DNA of 64,000 nucleotides, taken from an uncultured delta proteobacterium (GTDB taxonomy: Bacteria; Myxococcota_A; Polyangia; Polyangiales; Polyangiaceae). Below the pieces are notes generated by a model. That model was given only the letters and a program-made list of their open reading frames with translations, did no database searches and was not told the DNA's origin. Below, piece after piece: positions 28,382 to 37,741 of this stretch. The translations under genes and the position numbers were made by a program. The first letter of the stretch is position 1; each line of letters begins with the position of its first letter. The stretch is taken from NCBI GenBank assembly GCA_963850305.1, contig CAWKKR010000004.1, forward strand, positions 256,001-320,000. Direction: 5' to 3'.

Positions 28382-30784
28382 ATGGCCCTTGCTCGGACCA
28401 AGCCCCACAAGCTCGTCGGGCGTTATCAGCTCGCGCACGAGCTCGCGACGAGCTACCTGGGTCCGCTGTGGGCGGCTCGCGTCGACGGCTCGGACGTCGC
28501 CGGACAGCTCGCGATGCTGCGGCTCGTATCATTGGCGCGGCTCGACGCGGACACTCGCGTGAGACTCCTGGAGGCGGCATGGCAGGCCATGGAGGTCCGC
28601 GATGCACACGTTTGCTCCGTCACGGACGTCGTGGCAAGCGACGGTGAGCTGAGCATCGTCTCGGATTACACGGAAGGGGTTCCCCTCCGCACGCTGCAGG
28701 GTCTCTCCAGCTTGCGGCGCAAGCCACTCGCGGTCGGAGTAGCGCTCCGCATCATCGCCGATTTACTCGTAGGCGTGGAAGCGTTGCACCGGGCGACGGT
28801 CGAACTGGGGGATGAAGCCGTTCCGCTGTACGGTGGCCTGTCGCCCGACAGTATCCTCATCGGGACCGACGGACGAACGACCGTCCTGGATGTCGCCGTC
28901 GGCAGCGTCGCGAGCACGGTCGAATCGCTCGGCGGCAATCCCGAGCGCGTCGCCTATGCCGCACCGGAGCAGCTGAGTGAGCCGCCTCACGCGGACGCTC
29001 GTACGGACGTCTTCACGATCGGCGTGCTCGCGTGGGAGCTGTTGTCGGGGCGACGGCTTTTCGTCGGCGCGGACAAGGCCATCGTCCAGAAGGTTCTCGC
29101 GGCGAAAATCCCGCGCATCGACGAGCTACGACGCAAGGGTGATCCCGAGATCGCGAGCGAACTCTCCGCGATCGTCACCCGTGCGCTCGATCGGGACCCT
29201 ACCCGACGTTTTCAGTCCGCGACCGAGCTCTCCCACGCAATCGACGCAACTGGCATCGTCGCGTCGGATCCGTCCGAGGTAACCGCATACCTCGCCCTGG
29301 TCGCCGAGGGCGCGCTTTCACGCACTCGCGATGCGCTGAAAGATCCTGCGACGACCGCGGGGCCCGGAGGCTCGTTGAGCAAGATCCCGCCCGGGCGAGC
29401 CCGTGTGGGCGGCTCGATTGCCCCCGACAAGCCCGGACCGAAACCCAAGCTCAGTACCGTCCCGCCGCTCCGCAAACCCGTCGCGACCACGCCCGCGCGT
29501 TCCCACCAGCCGACGATGATCGGCATCCCACCTCCCGCCCGGCTGGAGACCGAGGCAGCCGCCCGCGCCGTCGCAGCGCTCGCGCAACAGGGGTCTGCGC
29601 CACCTCCTGCGCTCCCGGAAATCGAGCCGACCCCTCCGGAGTCCGTCCTCGCCGCAAAGCCCGAAGCCGCCGAATCCGAACCGACGCACCGGGGGCCGCC
29701 CAAACCGACCCACGGTGCTGAGCCGATAGGGTCCGCTCCGACCACGGTCGCCCCGGAACCCGAGCCTCGCGCCTACGATCGCTTCGAGTCCATTCCGCCC
29801 GTTCCGCACACCTTTGGCGAGACACCGCCGCCCCCGGCGCCTCTGCCCGACGACAGCATCGACGAACCGACCGGGCAGTACACGGCTCATGACCTCCTGA
29901 AGCAAGTAGAGGAACTTGCGCGCCGAAGCGATCGCGCGGATCGGCCACCGACGGACTTCCCCGAACCCCGAACGGATCCCAGGGATGACGATCTGGTCGG
30001 TCGCCCTACGGGACGATTTTCGTCGGAGCCGCGTGCTCCCGCGTTCGGTCGCATCGAAGAGGACGCCTGGCTGGACGACCCCGTGCCGATCGATGCCGCC
30101 AGAGCCATGTCACCGACAGAACCGGAGCTTCCGGCAACGGTCATTCCCGCGCGAGAGCCGCTTGCGGAGACCTTCCCGGACTCCCTGGTATCGCCGATCG
30201 AGTCGCGAGCACCGCAGCCCGAACCATCGCTTCCAAAGGTACCGGAGAAGAGAAGCTTCTCGAAAAGGCCTCCCTCGAGCGGGGGAGGCGGGTTCATTCC
30301 GTCACAGATCCCACCTCCGTTGATGCACGACCCCCGGGCGCGGCGGTCGCCGACCCGAGTGAAATCCTCGAACAAATTCCGCCAAGGGCTTGCTCTGGGG
30401 ATTCTCGGGAGCCTCGGGCTCATGGTTGTCAGCGCGATGCTTGGCATGGTCGCGCTCCGCGGCCGCGGAGTGCCGGCGGTGACGTCGGCGTCGCTCGCCG
30501 TACCGTCGGCGATGGCCGCAGCCGCGATTGCGGCGCCGCCCGCGGCGGAACCCGCCGCGTCCGTCGCGGAACCAGCGCCGAGCACGACGGTCGCCCCTCC
30601 GCCGAGCGCGCCTCCGCAGGGTGCTTCGGTGCCTGCCGGTGAGCCACCGCCACGGCCTGCCATGGTCGCAGCCGCGCCCAAGGCGCCGATCGCCGCACGG
30701 ACCCAGCGCGCCTCGCACGGAGGGAGTGCCCCGCGCGCGGGCGGGAAAAAGAAGCACGCACGCTTCGTGCCCGACGACATCTGA
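28382..30784 (+). CDS. Membrane Ser/Thr pseudokinase with long Pro-rich linker
   Basis: GRYQL, YAAPEQ, DARTDVF, RALDRDP.RRFQSA retained; AMLRL, YGGLSPDSIL and DVA replace VAIK, HRD and DFG; TM LALGILGSLGLMVVSAMLGMVAL. Confidence 0.82.
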   Translation: MALARTKPHKLVGRYQLAHELATSYLGPLWAARVDGSDVAGQLAMLRLVSLARLDADTRVRLLEAAWQAMEVRDAHVCSVTDVVASDGELSIVSDYTEGVPLRTLQGLSSLRRKPLAVGVALRIIADLLVGVEALHRATVELGDEAVPLYGGLSPDSILIGTDGRTTVLDVAVGSVASTVESLGGNPERVAYAAPEQLSEPPHADARTDVFTIGVLAWELLSGRRLFVGADKAIVQKVLAAKIPRIDELRRKGDPEIASELSAIVTRALDRDPTRRFQSATELSHAIDATGIVASDPSEVTAYLALVAEGALSRTRDALKDPATTAGPGGSLSKIPPGRARVGGSIAPDKPGPKPKLSTVPPLRKPVATTPARSHQPTMIGIPPPARLETEAAARAVAALAQQGSAPPPALPEIEPTPPESVLAAKPEAAESEPTHRGPPKPTHGAEPIGSAPTTVAPEPEPRAYDRFESIPPVPHTFGETPPPPAPLPDDSIDEPTGQYTAHDLLKQVEELARRSDRADRPPTDFPEPRTDPRDDDLVGRPTGRFSSEPRAPAFGRIEEDAWLDDPVPIDAARAMSPTEPELPATVIPAREPLAETFPDSLVSPIESRAPQPEPSLPKVPEKRSFSKRPPSSGGGGFIPSQIPPPLMHDPRARRSPTRVKSSNKFRQGLALGILGSLGLMVVSAMLGMVALRGRGVPAVTSASLAVPSAMAAAAIAAPPAAEPAASVAEPAPSTTVAPPPSAPPQGASVPAGEPPPRPAMVAAAPKAPIAARTQRASHGGSAPRAGGKKKHARFVPDDI

Positions 30785-30799
30785 CATGCCGGAGAACCA

Positions 30800-31813
30800 T
30801 TGATGCGAACACTCGTCCCGCGATCGGACATTGCGATCGCGCTGATCGCGTTTACGTGCTCGCTCGCGGCGCCAACGCTGGCGGGAGAGACGTCCGACGA
30901 GCGCTCCAGCGCCGCGCAGGAATCGAGCGCGAGCGACAAGTATCGTGCTGGAACCGAGGCATTCGAGGCGCAAAAGTATTCCGAAGCGCTCGCACTATTT
31001 CGCGCATCTTACGCGGTCGTAGCGAGCCCGAACTCGCATCTGATGATTGCGCGCACGCTCTCGAAGATGAACGAAACGGCCGAGGCATTCGCCGAATTCG
31101 AGGCGACTGTCACCGAAGCGGCCGCGGCCGCGCAGAAGAACGAAAGGTACAAGCGCACGGCGGACGCGGCGCGCGTCGAAGGCGCCGAACTGCGCAAGAA
31201 GCTCGGCATCGTCGAGGTCGAAATGAAGGCCGTCATCACCGCAGGTGGGCGTCCACTCCCGAACGCATTGGGAGGAACGATCGTCGTCGTGCCCGGGAAG
31301 ACGGACGTCGTGCTCAGGCTGCCGGGTGGGCAAGAGGTACACAGTGAAGTCGACGTGCAGGCGGGCCAGACGGTGAAGGTGGACGTCGCGCCCCCCTCAC
31401 CCGCGCCCGTCGTCGCCGCGGCGCCGGGCACCGCACCCTGTCCACTGGCGGCCCCGGCGCCGGAACCGAGCGGCATCGATCAGCGTGTGCTCGCGACCGT
31501 CGTTGGAGGCGTAGGCGTCGCCGGGTTCGCGACGTTCACCGTGTTTGGATTACTCGAGCAGAAGAAGTACTCCGACCTTCGGAGTAGCTGCCCGAACAAT
31601 GTGTGCAGCTCGTCGCAGGTGGACGATATCGGCACCGGGCGCACGGACCAGGCGCTCGCCAATGTGGGACTCGGCGTGGGCATCGTGGGCGCGATCGCGA
31701 GCGCCGCGCTGTTTCTCACCGCACCGGCGCATCACGCGACGGAGCGCGCGGACGGCGCCGTGACGGAACTCGCCGTCGGACCGCGATCCATGGTCGTCCG
31801 CGGCCGGTTCTGA
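30800..31813 (+). CDS. Secreted TPR + PEGA-like protein with hydrophobic C-terminal region (myxobacterial type)
   Basis: Signal peptide, YSEALALFRASY...SPNSHLMIAR TPR, beta-rich middle, GGVGVAG...CPNNVC...GLGVGIVG, ends VRGRF. Confidence 0.78.
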   Translation: MMRTLVPRSDIAIALIAFTCSLAAPTLAGETSDERSSAAQESSASDKYRAGTEAFEAQKYSEALALFRASYAVVASPNSHLMIARTLSKMNETAEAFAEFEATVTEAAAAAQKNERYKRTADAARVEGAELRKKLGIVEVEMKAVITAGGRPLPNALGGTIVVVPGKTDVVLRLPGGQEVHSEVDVQAGQTVKVDVAPPSPAPVVAAAPGTAPCPLAAPAPEPSGIDQRVLATVVGGVGVAGFATFTVFGLLEQKKYSDLRSSCPNNVCSSSQVDDIGTGRTDQALANVGLGVGIVGAIASAALFLTAPAHHATERADGAVTELAVGPRSMVVRGRF

Positions 31814-31838
31814 GCGCTGCTCCAAACGGGGCGTCCCT

Positions 31839-32303
31839 CTAACTGCAGGGTAGGATGAAGAACGCCATGCATCCGCAGGCGCCTGCGCTCGTGCAGCACG
31901 CCGTTCCGAGACAAGACGCGCAGCTCGAGGCGTTGCACGAGGAACCGCCGCCACTGCCCGAGCTCCCGCCGGAGCTTGCGCCGCCACTGCCGAAGCTGCC
32001 ACCACTGCCGAATGCGCCACCACTGCCGAATGCGCCACCACTGCCGAAACTGCCGCCACTGCCGAACGCGCCACCTGCGCCCAGATCTCCGCCGTTGCCG
32101 AAGTCGCCACCCGTGCCCTGCGACTGGTCGCCGCCATTTCCAAAGCTGCCTCCGGGCCCGCCGGAACCGCCGTTGCCGGACTGCTCACCGCCGATACCGA
32201 CGCCAGCGCCGAACCCACCTTCCGGTACGTCGAGCTCTTCAACGCTGGCGCACCCTCCGAGGAGCACGATGCAGGCGAGCGGCAGCAGGTTGGAGACCTT
32301 CAT
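31839..32303 (-). CDS. Gly-rich lipoprotein with Cys-rich C-terminus
   Basis: LLGGC lipobox; repeated GSGG(A/S)F hexapeptides; CNASSCASCLGTACCTSAGACGC. Confidence 0.75.
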   Translation of the reverse strand: MKVSNLLPLACIVLLGGCASVEELDVPEGGFGAGVGIGGEQSGNGGSGGPGGSFGNGGDQSQGTGGDFGNGGDLGAGGAFGSGGSFGSGGAFGSGGAFGSGGSFGSGGASSGGSSGSGGGSSCNASSCASCLGTACCTSAGACGCMAFFILPCS

Positions 32304-32483
32304 GGTTCGGTAGCCGGACTAGAATGCTCCCACTCATCATGGCACACCGGAAACAATTTTTGTCTGATGCCGTCACGACCCCCACAGAAACTCGGCGGAA
32401 CGGCACGGGTGCCGCAGTGCGGCGCGCCCTCCGGCGCTGGAACCGCGTGGCGATCGGCTCGAGCGACCCCTACTCTTCTCGAA

Positions 32484-33077
32484 ATGAAGGGTTGGTTTGC
32501 GCGGATTTGTGGAGTCGCGTTGCTGCTCGCCGGGACGGGTCACGGGGAAGGAGTGGCTCCGCACGGCGGAGCGGCTCGCACCGCGCGCCCGACAACGGAC
32601 GAACCCGCGCGGCTCAAGGGAAAGACCATCACGTACCGAGTGACGCCGAGCGGGCTCGTCATCGAAGTGGAAGGACTGAGACTCGAACCCAGGGTGAAGC
32701 CGCAGAGGATGGCCGGTGGCTTCGGCGTCAGGCTCCACGTCGATGTGCACGTCACCGACGAACACACACACCACCTGATGAACCCCGAACATGGCCCGCT
32801 GATGATCGCCGAGGAGATTGAGGGGGCCGGCAGGAAGAACCATGTAGGCGACGAACGGAAGGGCAACGACGAGCTGCTACTCCGCGCGGGCGAGTCCACT
32901 GCGGTCGACCGAACGGTGTCGGCCGTCATCAGATCCGGCCAAACCCTCAAGCTTCAAGTCGGGCTCTGGGGGCTCGCGCGAGACAACGAAGAGCGCAAAC
33001 CGCTGAAGAAGCTCTTCGTGGTGACAATGGTCGCCGGAACGAGAACGCCGGAGCCCGTCATCACGCCGCCGGAATGA
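32484..33077 (+). CDS. Hypothetical exported protein
   Basis: MKGWFARICGVALLLAG signal-like N-terminus, beta-rich body, GC3-biased codons. Confidence 0.6.
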   Translation: MKGWFARICGVALLLAGTGHGEGVAPHGGAARTARPTTDEPARLKGKTITYRVTPSGLVIEVEGLRLEPRVKPQRMAGGFGVRLHVDVHVTDEHTHHLMNPEHGPLMIAEEIEGAGRKNHVGDERKGNDELLLRAGESTAVDRTVSAVIRSGQTLKLQVGLWGLARDNEERKPLKKLFVVTMVAGTRTPEPVITPPE

Positions 33078-33196
33078 GGATTGACGTCGAAGAACGCCGA
33101 GGTCCCCCTGCTCCTCAGCGCCGCATCGCGTCGCCCACAACGCAACGAGACGGGCGTCGGCCCTGATGAGCAGTAAGCTTTCCATGGAGCGGTGCC

Positions 33197-34960
33197 ATGA
33201 CTCCGGAGAGCGTAATCCCGCCACATCTCCGACGGTTCGTCGTGAACCAAAACTACGCGGCGTACACGGAGGAAGACCAAGCCGTGTGGCGCTTCGTGGT
33301 GCTTCAGAGCCACGCGCGCCTGCTCCGCACTGCACATCCCGCCTACGCTGCCGGCTTCGAATCCGCCGGGATCTCCGTGGATCGGATCCCGCGCATCGAC
33401 GAGATGGACGAACGTTTGTCCCGCTTCGGCTGGCGCGCGGTACCTGTAGATGGGTTCATCCCGCCGCGAGCGTTTCAGGCCTTTCAGGCGCGCAGCATCT
33501 TGCCCGTCGCGACCGACATTCGCTCTGCGAGGCACCTCACTTACACGCCGGCCCCCGACATCATTCACGAAGCCGCAGGCCATGCCCCGTTCCTCACGGA
33601 GCCTCATTATGCAAGTTTCGTCCGCAGAATCGGCGAAGCGGCTGAGAGTGCGTTCGCGAGCCCATCGGACCGCGTGCTCTACGAAGCGATCTTCGCGCTC
33701 TCGGAGATCAAGGAAGACCCAGCGAGTACCCCTTCGCAGGTGACGCGGGCGGAGCTTTCGATCGAACGCGCGATGCGACGGATGGGCCCGCCGAGCGAGT
33801 CGGCGAAGCTCGCGCGATTGTACTGGTGGACCGCGGAATACGGCCTGGTCGGCGCGCTCGACAATTTTCGTCTCTACGGCGCGGGCCTGCTGTCTTCGCT
33901 GGGGGAGGGGTATTCCTGCGAGGCAACGGGCGTGCGGAAGGTGCCGCTCGGTGCGGGGTGCATCGACACGGACTACGACATCACGCGCGTCCAGCCCCAG
34001 CTCTTCGTCGTGCGCGACCTCGACGCTCTGGACGAAATCCTCGACGAGGTGACGATGTCGCTCTCGTTCCGGATCGGCGGGGAGCGCGCGCTCACGGCGG
34101 CGCTCGAAAGCGACGACGTTTCGACGCTCGAGCTCGATTCGGGTGCATGTGTGACCGGCGTCGTCACTGAGATCGAGCGTCACGCCGGTAAACCTTCGCT
34201 GATCCGCCTTCGTGGTCCGTGCGCCCTCGCCGACGGCGGCCGCGTGCTGGACGCGATGCCGCGCCTGGACGGCTACGTGATCCCGCTGGGTACGCTCGAC
34301 GACGGGACTCCGCTGTCCGCGCTGTCCGACGGCGCGCTTGCCCGGAGAACGGTCGGCGATGTCGTGGAGCTGCGTCTTTCTTCGGGACTGACGGTCCGCG
34401 GTCACCTGCGGGCCCGCGTGACGAACGGGCTCATTCACCTCGACGAGGTAACGATGCTTCGCCACGGCGAGGTCCTCTTTCGCAGCATCCTGCCCTATCC
34501 GCTCGCTCTCGGCGCGCACGTGATCACCGCACGCGCCAGAGTTCCGGAGGGGTACTATCCGTCTACCGGCATCTCGAGCGTCGCCGTTCCCCGGCCGCGA
34601 CCGCTGAACGCGCAGGCCGGTGAACTCGCCGAACTCTACGATCGCGCTCTCGAGACGTTCCGGGAGGCCGATGGCTCGCGGATGGCCGTTCGGATCGAAC
34701 GGATGGTGGACAGACTCGACGCCGCCTTTCCGGACGACTGGCTGCTTCGGTGGAACTTGCTCGAGAGCCTGGTCAAACTCGGTGCAGGCGCCCACGTAAC
34801 CGGAAGGTTGGCGGCGGCTCTCGAGCAACTCGAGATTCGATTCGACCACCTGGAACCCATCGCCACGGGGTTGTCTTACATCAGATCCCTGATGACCGAC
34901 GCGAAGCCCGAAAGCCGACCGACCTTCGGCGATGCGGAGGACCCAGGAGGCTCGGCGTGA
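33197..34960 (+). CDS. phhA: Aromatic amino acid hydroxylase (phenylalanine 4-monooxygenase, long form)
   Basis: YTEEDQAVW, YTPAPDIIHEAAGHAP (Fe ligands), WWTAEYGL, YGAGLLSS, YDITRVQPQLFV. Confidence 0.9.
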   Translation: MTPESVIPPHLRRFVVNQNYAAYTEEDQAVWRFVVLQSHARLLRTAHPAYAAGFESAGISVDRIPRIDEMDERLSRFGWRAVPVDGFIPPRAFQAFQARSILPVATDIRSARHLTYTPAPDIIHEAAGHAPFLTEPHYASFVRRIGEAAESAFASPSDRVLYEAIFALSEIKEDPASTPSQVTRAELSIERAMRRMGPPSESAKLARLYWWTAEYGLVGALDNFRLYGAGLLSSLGEGYSCEATGVRKVPLGAGCIDTDYDITRVQPQLFVVRDLDALDEILDEVTMSLSFRIGGERALTAALESDDVSTLELDSGACVTGVVTEIERHAGKPSLIRLRGPCALADGGRVLDAMPRLDGYVIPLGTLDDGTPLSALSDGALARRTVGDVVELRLSSGLTVRGHLRARVTNGLIHLDEVTMLRHGEVLFRSILPYPLALGAHVITARARVPEGYYPSTGISSVAVPRPRPLNAQAGELAELYDRALETFREADGSRMAVRIERMVDRLDAAFPDDWLLRWNLLESLVKLGAGAHVTGRLAAALEQLEIRFDHLEPIATGLSYIRSLMTDAKPESRPTFGDAEDPGGSA

Positions 34961-35934
34961 AGCTTGCAACCTTGTGCGACGGGACACGCGACGGAGCGCT
35001 CGTCGTCGCAAGCCGCGACGGAACGCGATTCGCGCGCGCAGTCGACGTCGCGCACTCCTTGCAATGTGCCCTCGACGATTGGCAGCGAGCAGCCCCGGAA
35101 CTCGAGCGTCTGTTCGCCGCGCTCGAGGACGGGCGGACGGACGCGGAGCCCCTGGATTTCTCCCGGCTCCTCGCACCCTTGCCGCGTGCGTACGAATGGG
35201 TGGATGGCTCCGCCTACCTGTCGCACATCAAGCTGGTAAGAAAGGCGCGTGGCGCCATGCCGCCGGCGACGCTGCTCACCGACCCGCTCGTCTACCAGGG
35301 CGGCTCGGGGATCCTCCTTGGTCCACGCTCTCCGCTCGAGCTACCCGATAAAGCGTGGGGGCTGGACTTCGAGGCCGAAGTCGCCGTCGTGCTCGGGGAT
35401 ACGCCGCGAGGAGTCTGCGCAGGGGACGCGGAACGTCATGTGCACCTCCTGACGCTCGCGAACGACGTCACCTATCGCGAGCTGGTGCCTTCGGAGCTGG
35501 CCAAAGGGTTCGGGTTCTTTTGCTCGAAACCAGCGACGGCGTTTGCTCCGTTCGCGGTGACCCCCGACGAACTCGACGGCGCCTGGAAGGGCGGACGGGT
35601 TCATTTGCGTCTTCGTTCGTACTTGAATGGTGCGCTCGTCGGAGATCCAGAAGCTGGTGACCCGATGCATTTTTCTTTTTTCGATCTGATCGAGCACGCG
35701 ACGAAGACACGGGGCTTCACGGCCGGGACGATCCTCGGGAGCGGCACCGTCGCGAACGAAGACATCGCGCGCGGGGTGTCGTGCCTCGCTGAACTTCGCA
35801 TGCGAGAAGTGCTCGAAGGCGGACGTGCGACGACTCCATTCCTGCAGCCCGGGGACCGAGTGCGGATCGAAATGCGGAACGCCGATGGCGAGAACGTCTT
35901 CGGCAGCATAGAACAAGAGGTAGTGACAGCATGA
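34957..35934 (+). CDS. fahA: Fumarylacetoacetate hydrolase family protein
   Basis: GTGA overlap; KLATL.DGTRDG, APLPRAYEWVDGSAY, LDFEAE, ELAKGFGF..SKP, ILGSGTV. Confidence 0.88.
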   Translation: MKLATLCDGTRDGALVVASRDGTRFARAVDVAHSLQCALDDWQRAAPELERLFAALEDGRTDAEPLDFSRLLAPLPRAYEWVDGSAYLSHIKLVRKARGAMPPATLLTDPLVYQGGSGILLGPRSPLELPDKAWGLDFEAEVAVVLGDTPRGVCAGDAERHVHLLTLANDVTYRELVPSELAKGFGFFCSKPATAFAPFAVTPDELDGAWKGGRVHLRLRSYLNGALVGDPEAGDPMHFSFFDLIEHATKTRGFTAGTILGSGTVANEDIARGVSCLAELRMREVLEGGRATTPFLQPGDRVRIEMRNADGENVFGSIEQEVVTA

Positions 35935-36578
35935 AGCTCTACTCGTATTGGCGGAGCACTTCCGCATGGCGGGTGCGCATCGTTCTCGCGTGGAAAGGCC
36001 TGGAATACGATTGCATCCCCGTGAACCTCGCACCCGACGTGGCCGGACAGAGATCAACGGAGTTCGGGGTCGTGAACCCGCTCCGTCAAGTGCCCTCACT
36101 GGAATGGCCCGAAGGCGACCGCCTCGTGCGTCTCTCGCAATCCGTCGCGATCGCCGAGTATCTCGACGAACGGCATCCCAATCCGCCGCTATTTCCCCGC
36201 GAGCCGCTTGCGCGGGCACGTGTTCGCCAGTCCGTCGAGATAGTGAACTCCGGAATTCAACCGCTGCAAAACTCGACGACGATGGCGAACCTTCGTGAGC
36301 TCACCGGCGAGCCCGAGGTGCTCGCCTGGGCGAGAACCGCTATCGGCCGCGGCCTCGCGGCGCTAGAAGCACTCTCGCGAGACGACGCCGGAGTCTTCCT
36401 CGTCGGCAACGCGCCGACGCTTGCCGACATGTACCTCGTTCCGCAGCTCTACAATGCCCGCCGGTTCGAAGTGGACCTGAACCCTTTCCCGAAGCTCCGC
36501 GACGTCGAAACTCACGCCTCCGAGCTCGAGGCGTTCCAGTCCGCGCGCCCCGAGCGACAGCCGGATGCGCCGCAATGA
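35931..36578 (+). CDS. maiA: Maleylacetoacetate isomerase (zeta-class GST)
   Basis: MKLYSYWRSTSAWRVRI, SGIQPLQN, LVPQLYNARRF, PERQPDAP. Confidence 0.95.
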   Translation: MKLYSYWRSTSAWRVRIVLAWKGLEYDCIPVNLAPDVAGQRSTEFGVVNPLRQVPSLEWPEGDRLVRLSQSVAIAEYLDERHPNPPLFPREPLARARVRQSVEIVNSGIQPLQNSTTMANLRELTGEPEVLAWARTAIGRGLAALEALSRDDAGVFLVGNAPTLADMYLVPQLYNARRFEVDLNPFPKLRDVETHASELEAFQSARPERQPDAPQ

Positions 36579-37741
36579 GTCCGCCTGTCGTTCCTCGCCT
36601 TGACCTCGGAATCCGACGACTCCTCGGTCTTCACTATTACGTTCGTGACCTCGCGCGGAGTCGTGGGTTCTACGTTGACCGGATGGGTTTCTCGGAGATC
36701 GGCGGGGGTGTTCCCGAGCTCGAGGAGAGGGGTCACCAGCGGTCGCTCGTCTTCCGCGCGGGCGAAGTCGTCGTCGCGTGCTCCGCACCGGTGGGCGAAG
36801 GTGGGCGCGCCTTCCGGTACTTGTCCAAGCACCCCGATGGCATCGGAACGCTCGCCTTCGAGGTGGACGACATCGCTCGTACGTTCGCGCTCCTCGAGGA
36901 GAGAGGCGCTACGCCCATCTCCGAGATTCAGACGCTCTCGGATGGTCGGGGGCACATCTCCACGTTCTCGATCACGACGCCGTTCGGGGACACCACATTC
37001 CGCTTCATGGAGCGACAGGGACACGAGGAGCTATTTCCGGGAATGGAGCTTCACGGCGATCCGGGAGATGACGAGAACGCGCTCGGCTTCCGCGCGATCG
37101 ATCACGTCACATCGAACTTCCAGACGATGAAGCCCGCCCTCCTGTGGCTCGAACACGTCCTCGGATTCGAGCCACTGTGGGAGCTGGCATTTCACACGCG
37201 GGACGTCGCCAAGTACGAAGTCCGAGAAGGGTCGGGCCTCCGCTCGAAGGTGATGTGGGAGCCGAAGACGGGGATCAAGTTCGCCAATAACGAGCCGTAT
37301 CGACCCCAGTTCCGGCGTTCGCAGATCAACGTGTTCTGCGAGGAACATCGAGGGGATGGCATACAACACGTCGCGCTTTCCACCGGCAACATCATCGAGA
37401 CGGTGAAAGGTCTGAAAGCGCGCGGAGTCGAGACGATGCCGACGCCACATGCTTATTACGAGGCGCTCCCGAAGCGGCTCGACGACCTCGGCGTGGGTCA
37501 CGTGGACGAAGACCTGACAACGCTCGAAGAACTCGGCATTCTCGTGGACGGCTCCGGCCCGGACGCTTATCTGCTCCAGATCTTCCTGAGGGATTCGGCT
37601 GGGCTCTATGGCAACCCCGACGCGGGCCCATTCTTCTTCGAGATCATCCAACGCAAGGGCGACCGAGGTTTCGGCGCAGGAAACTTTCGCGCCCTGTTCG
37701 AGAGTATCGAGCGGACGCAGGTCACCGGGGGAGACCGCTGA
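36575..37741 (+). CDS. hppD: 4-hydroxyphenylpyruvate dioxygenase
   Basis: IDHVTSN, GIQHVAL, YLLQIF, FFFEIIQRKGDRGFGAGNFRALFESIE. Confidence 0.94.
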   Translation: MSPPVVPRLDLGIRRLLGLHYYVRDLARSRGFYVDRMGFSEIGGGVPELEERGHQRSLVFRAGEVVVACSAPVGEGGRAFRYLSKHPDGIGTLAFEVDDIARTFALLEERGATPISEIQTLSDGRGHISTFSITTPFGDTTFRFMERQGHEELFPGMELHGDPGDDENALGFRAIDHVTSNFQTMKPALLWLEHVLGFEPLWELAFHTRDVAKYEVREGSGLRSKVMWEPKTGIKFANNEPYRPQFRRSQINVFCEEHRGDGIQHVALSTGNIIETVKGLKARGVETMPTPHAYYEALPKRLDDLGVGHVDEDLTTLEELGILVDGSGPDAYLLQIFLRDSAGLYGNPDAGPFFFEIIQRKGDRGFGAGNFRALFESIERTQVTGGDR

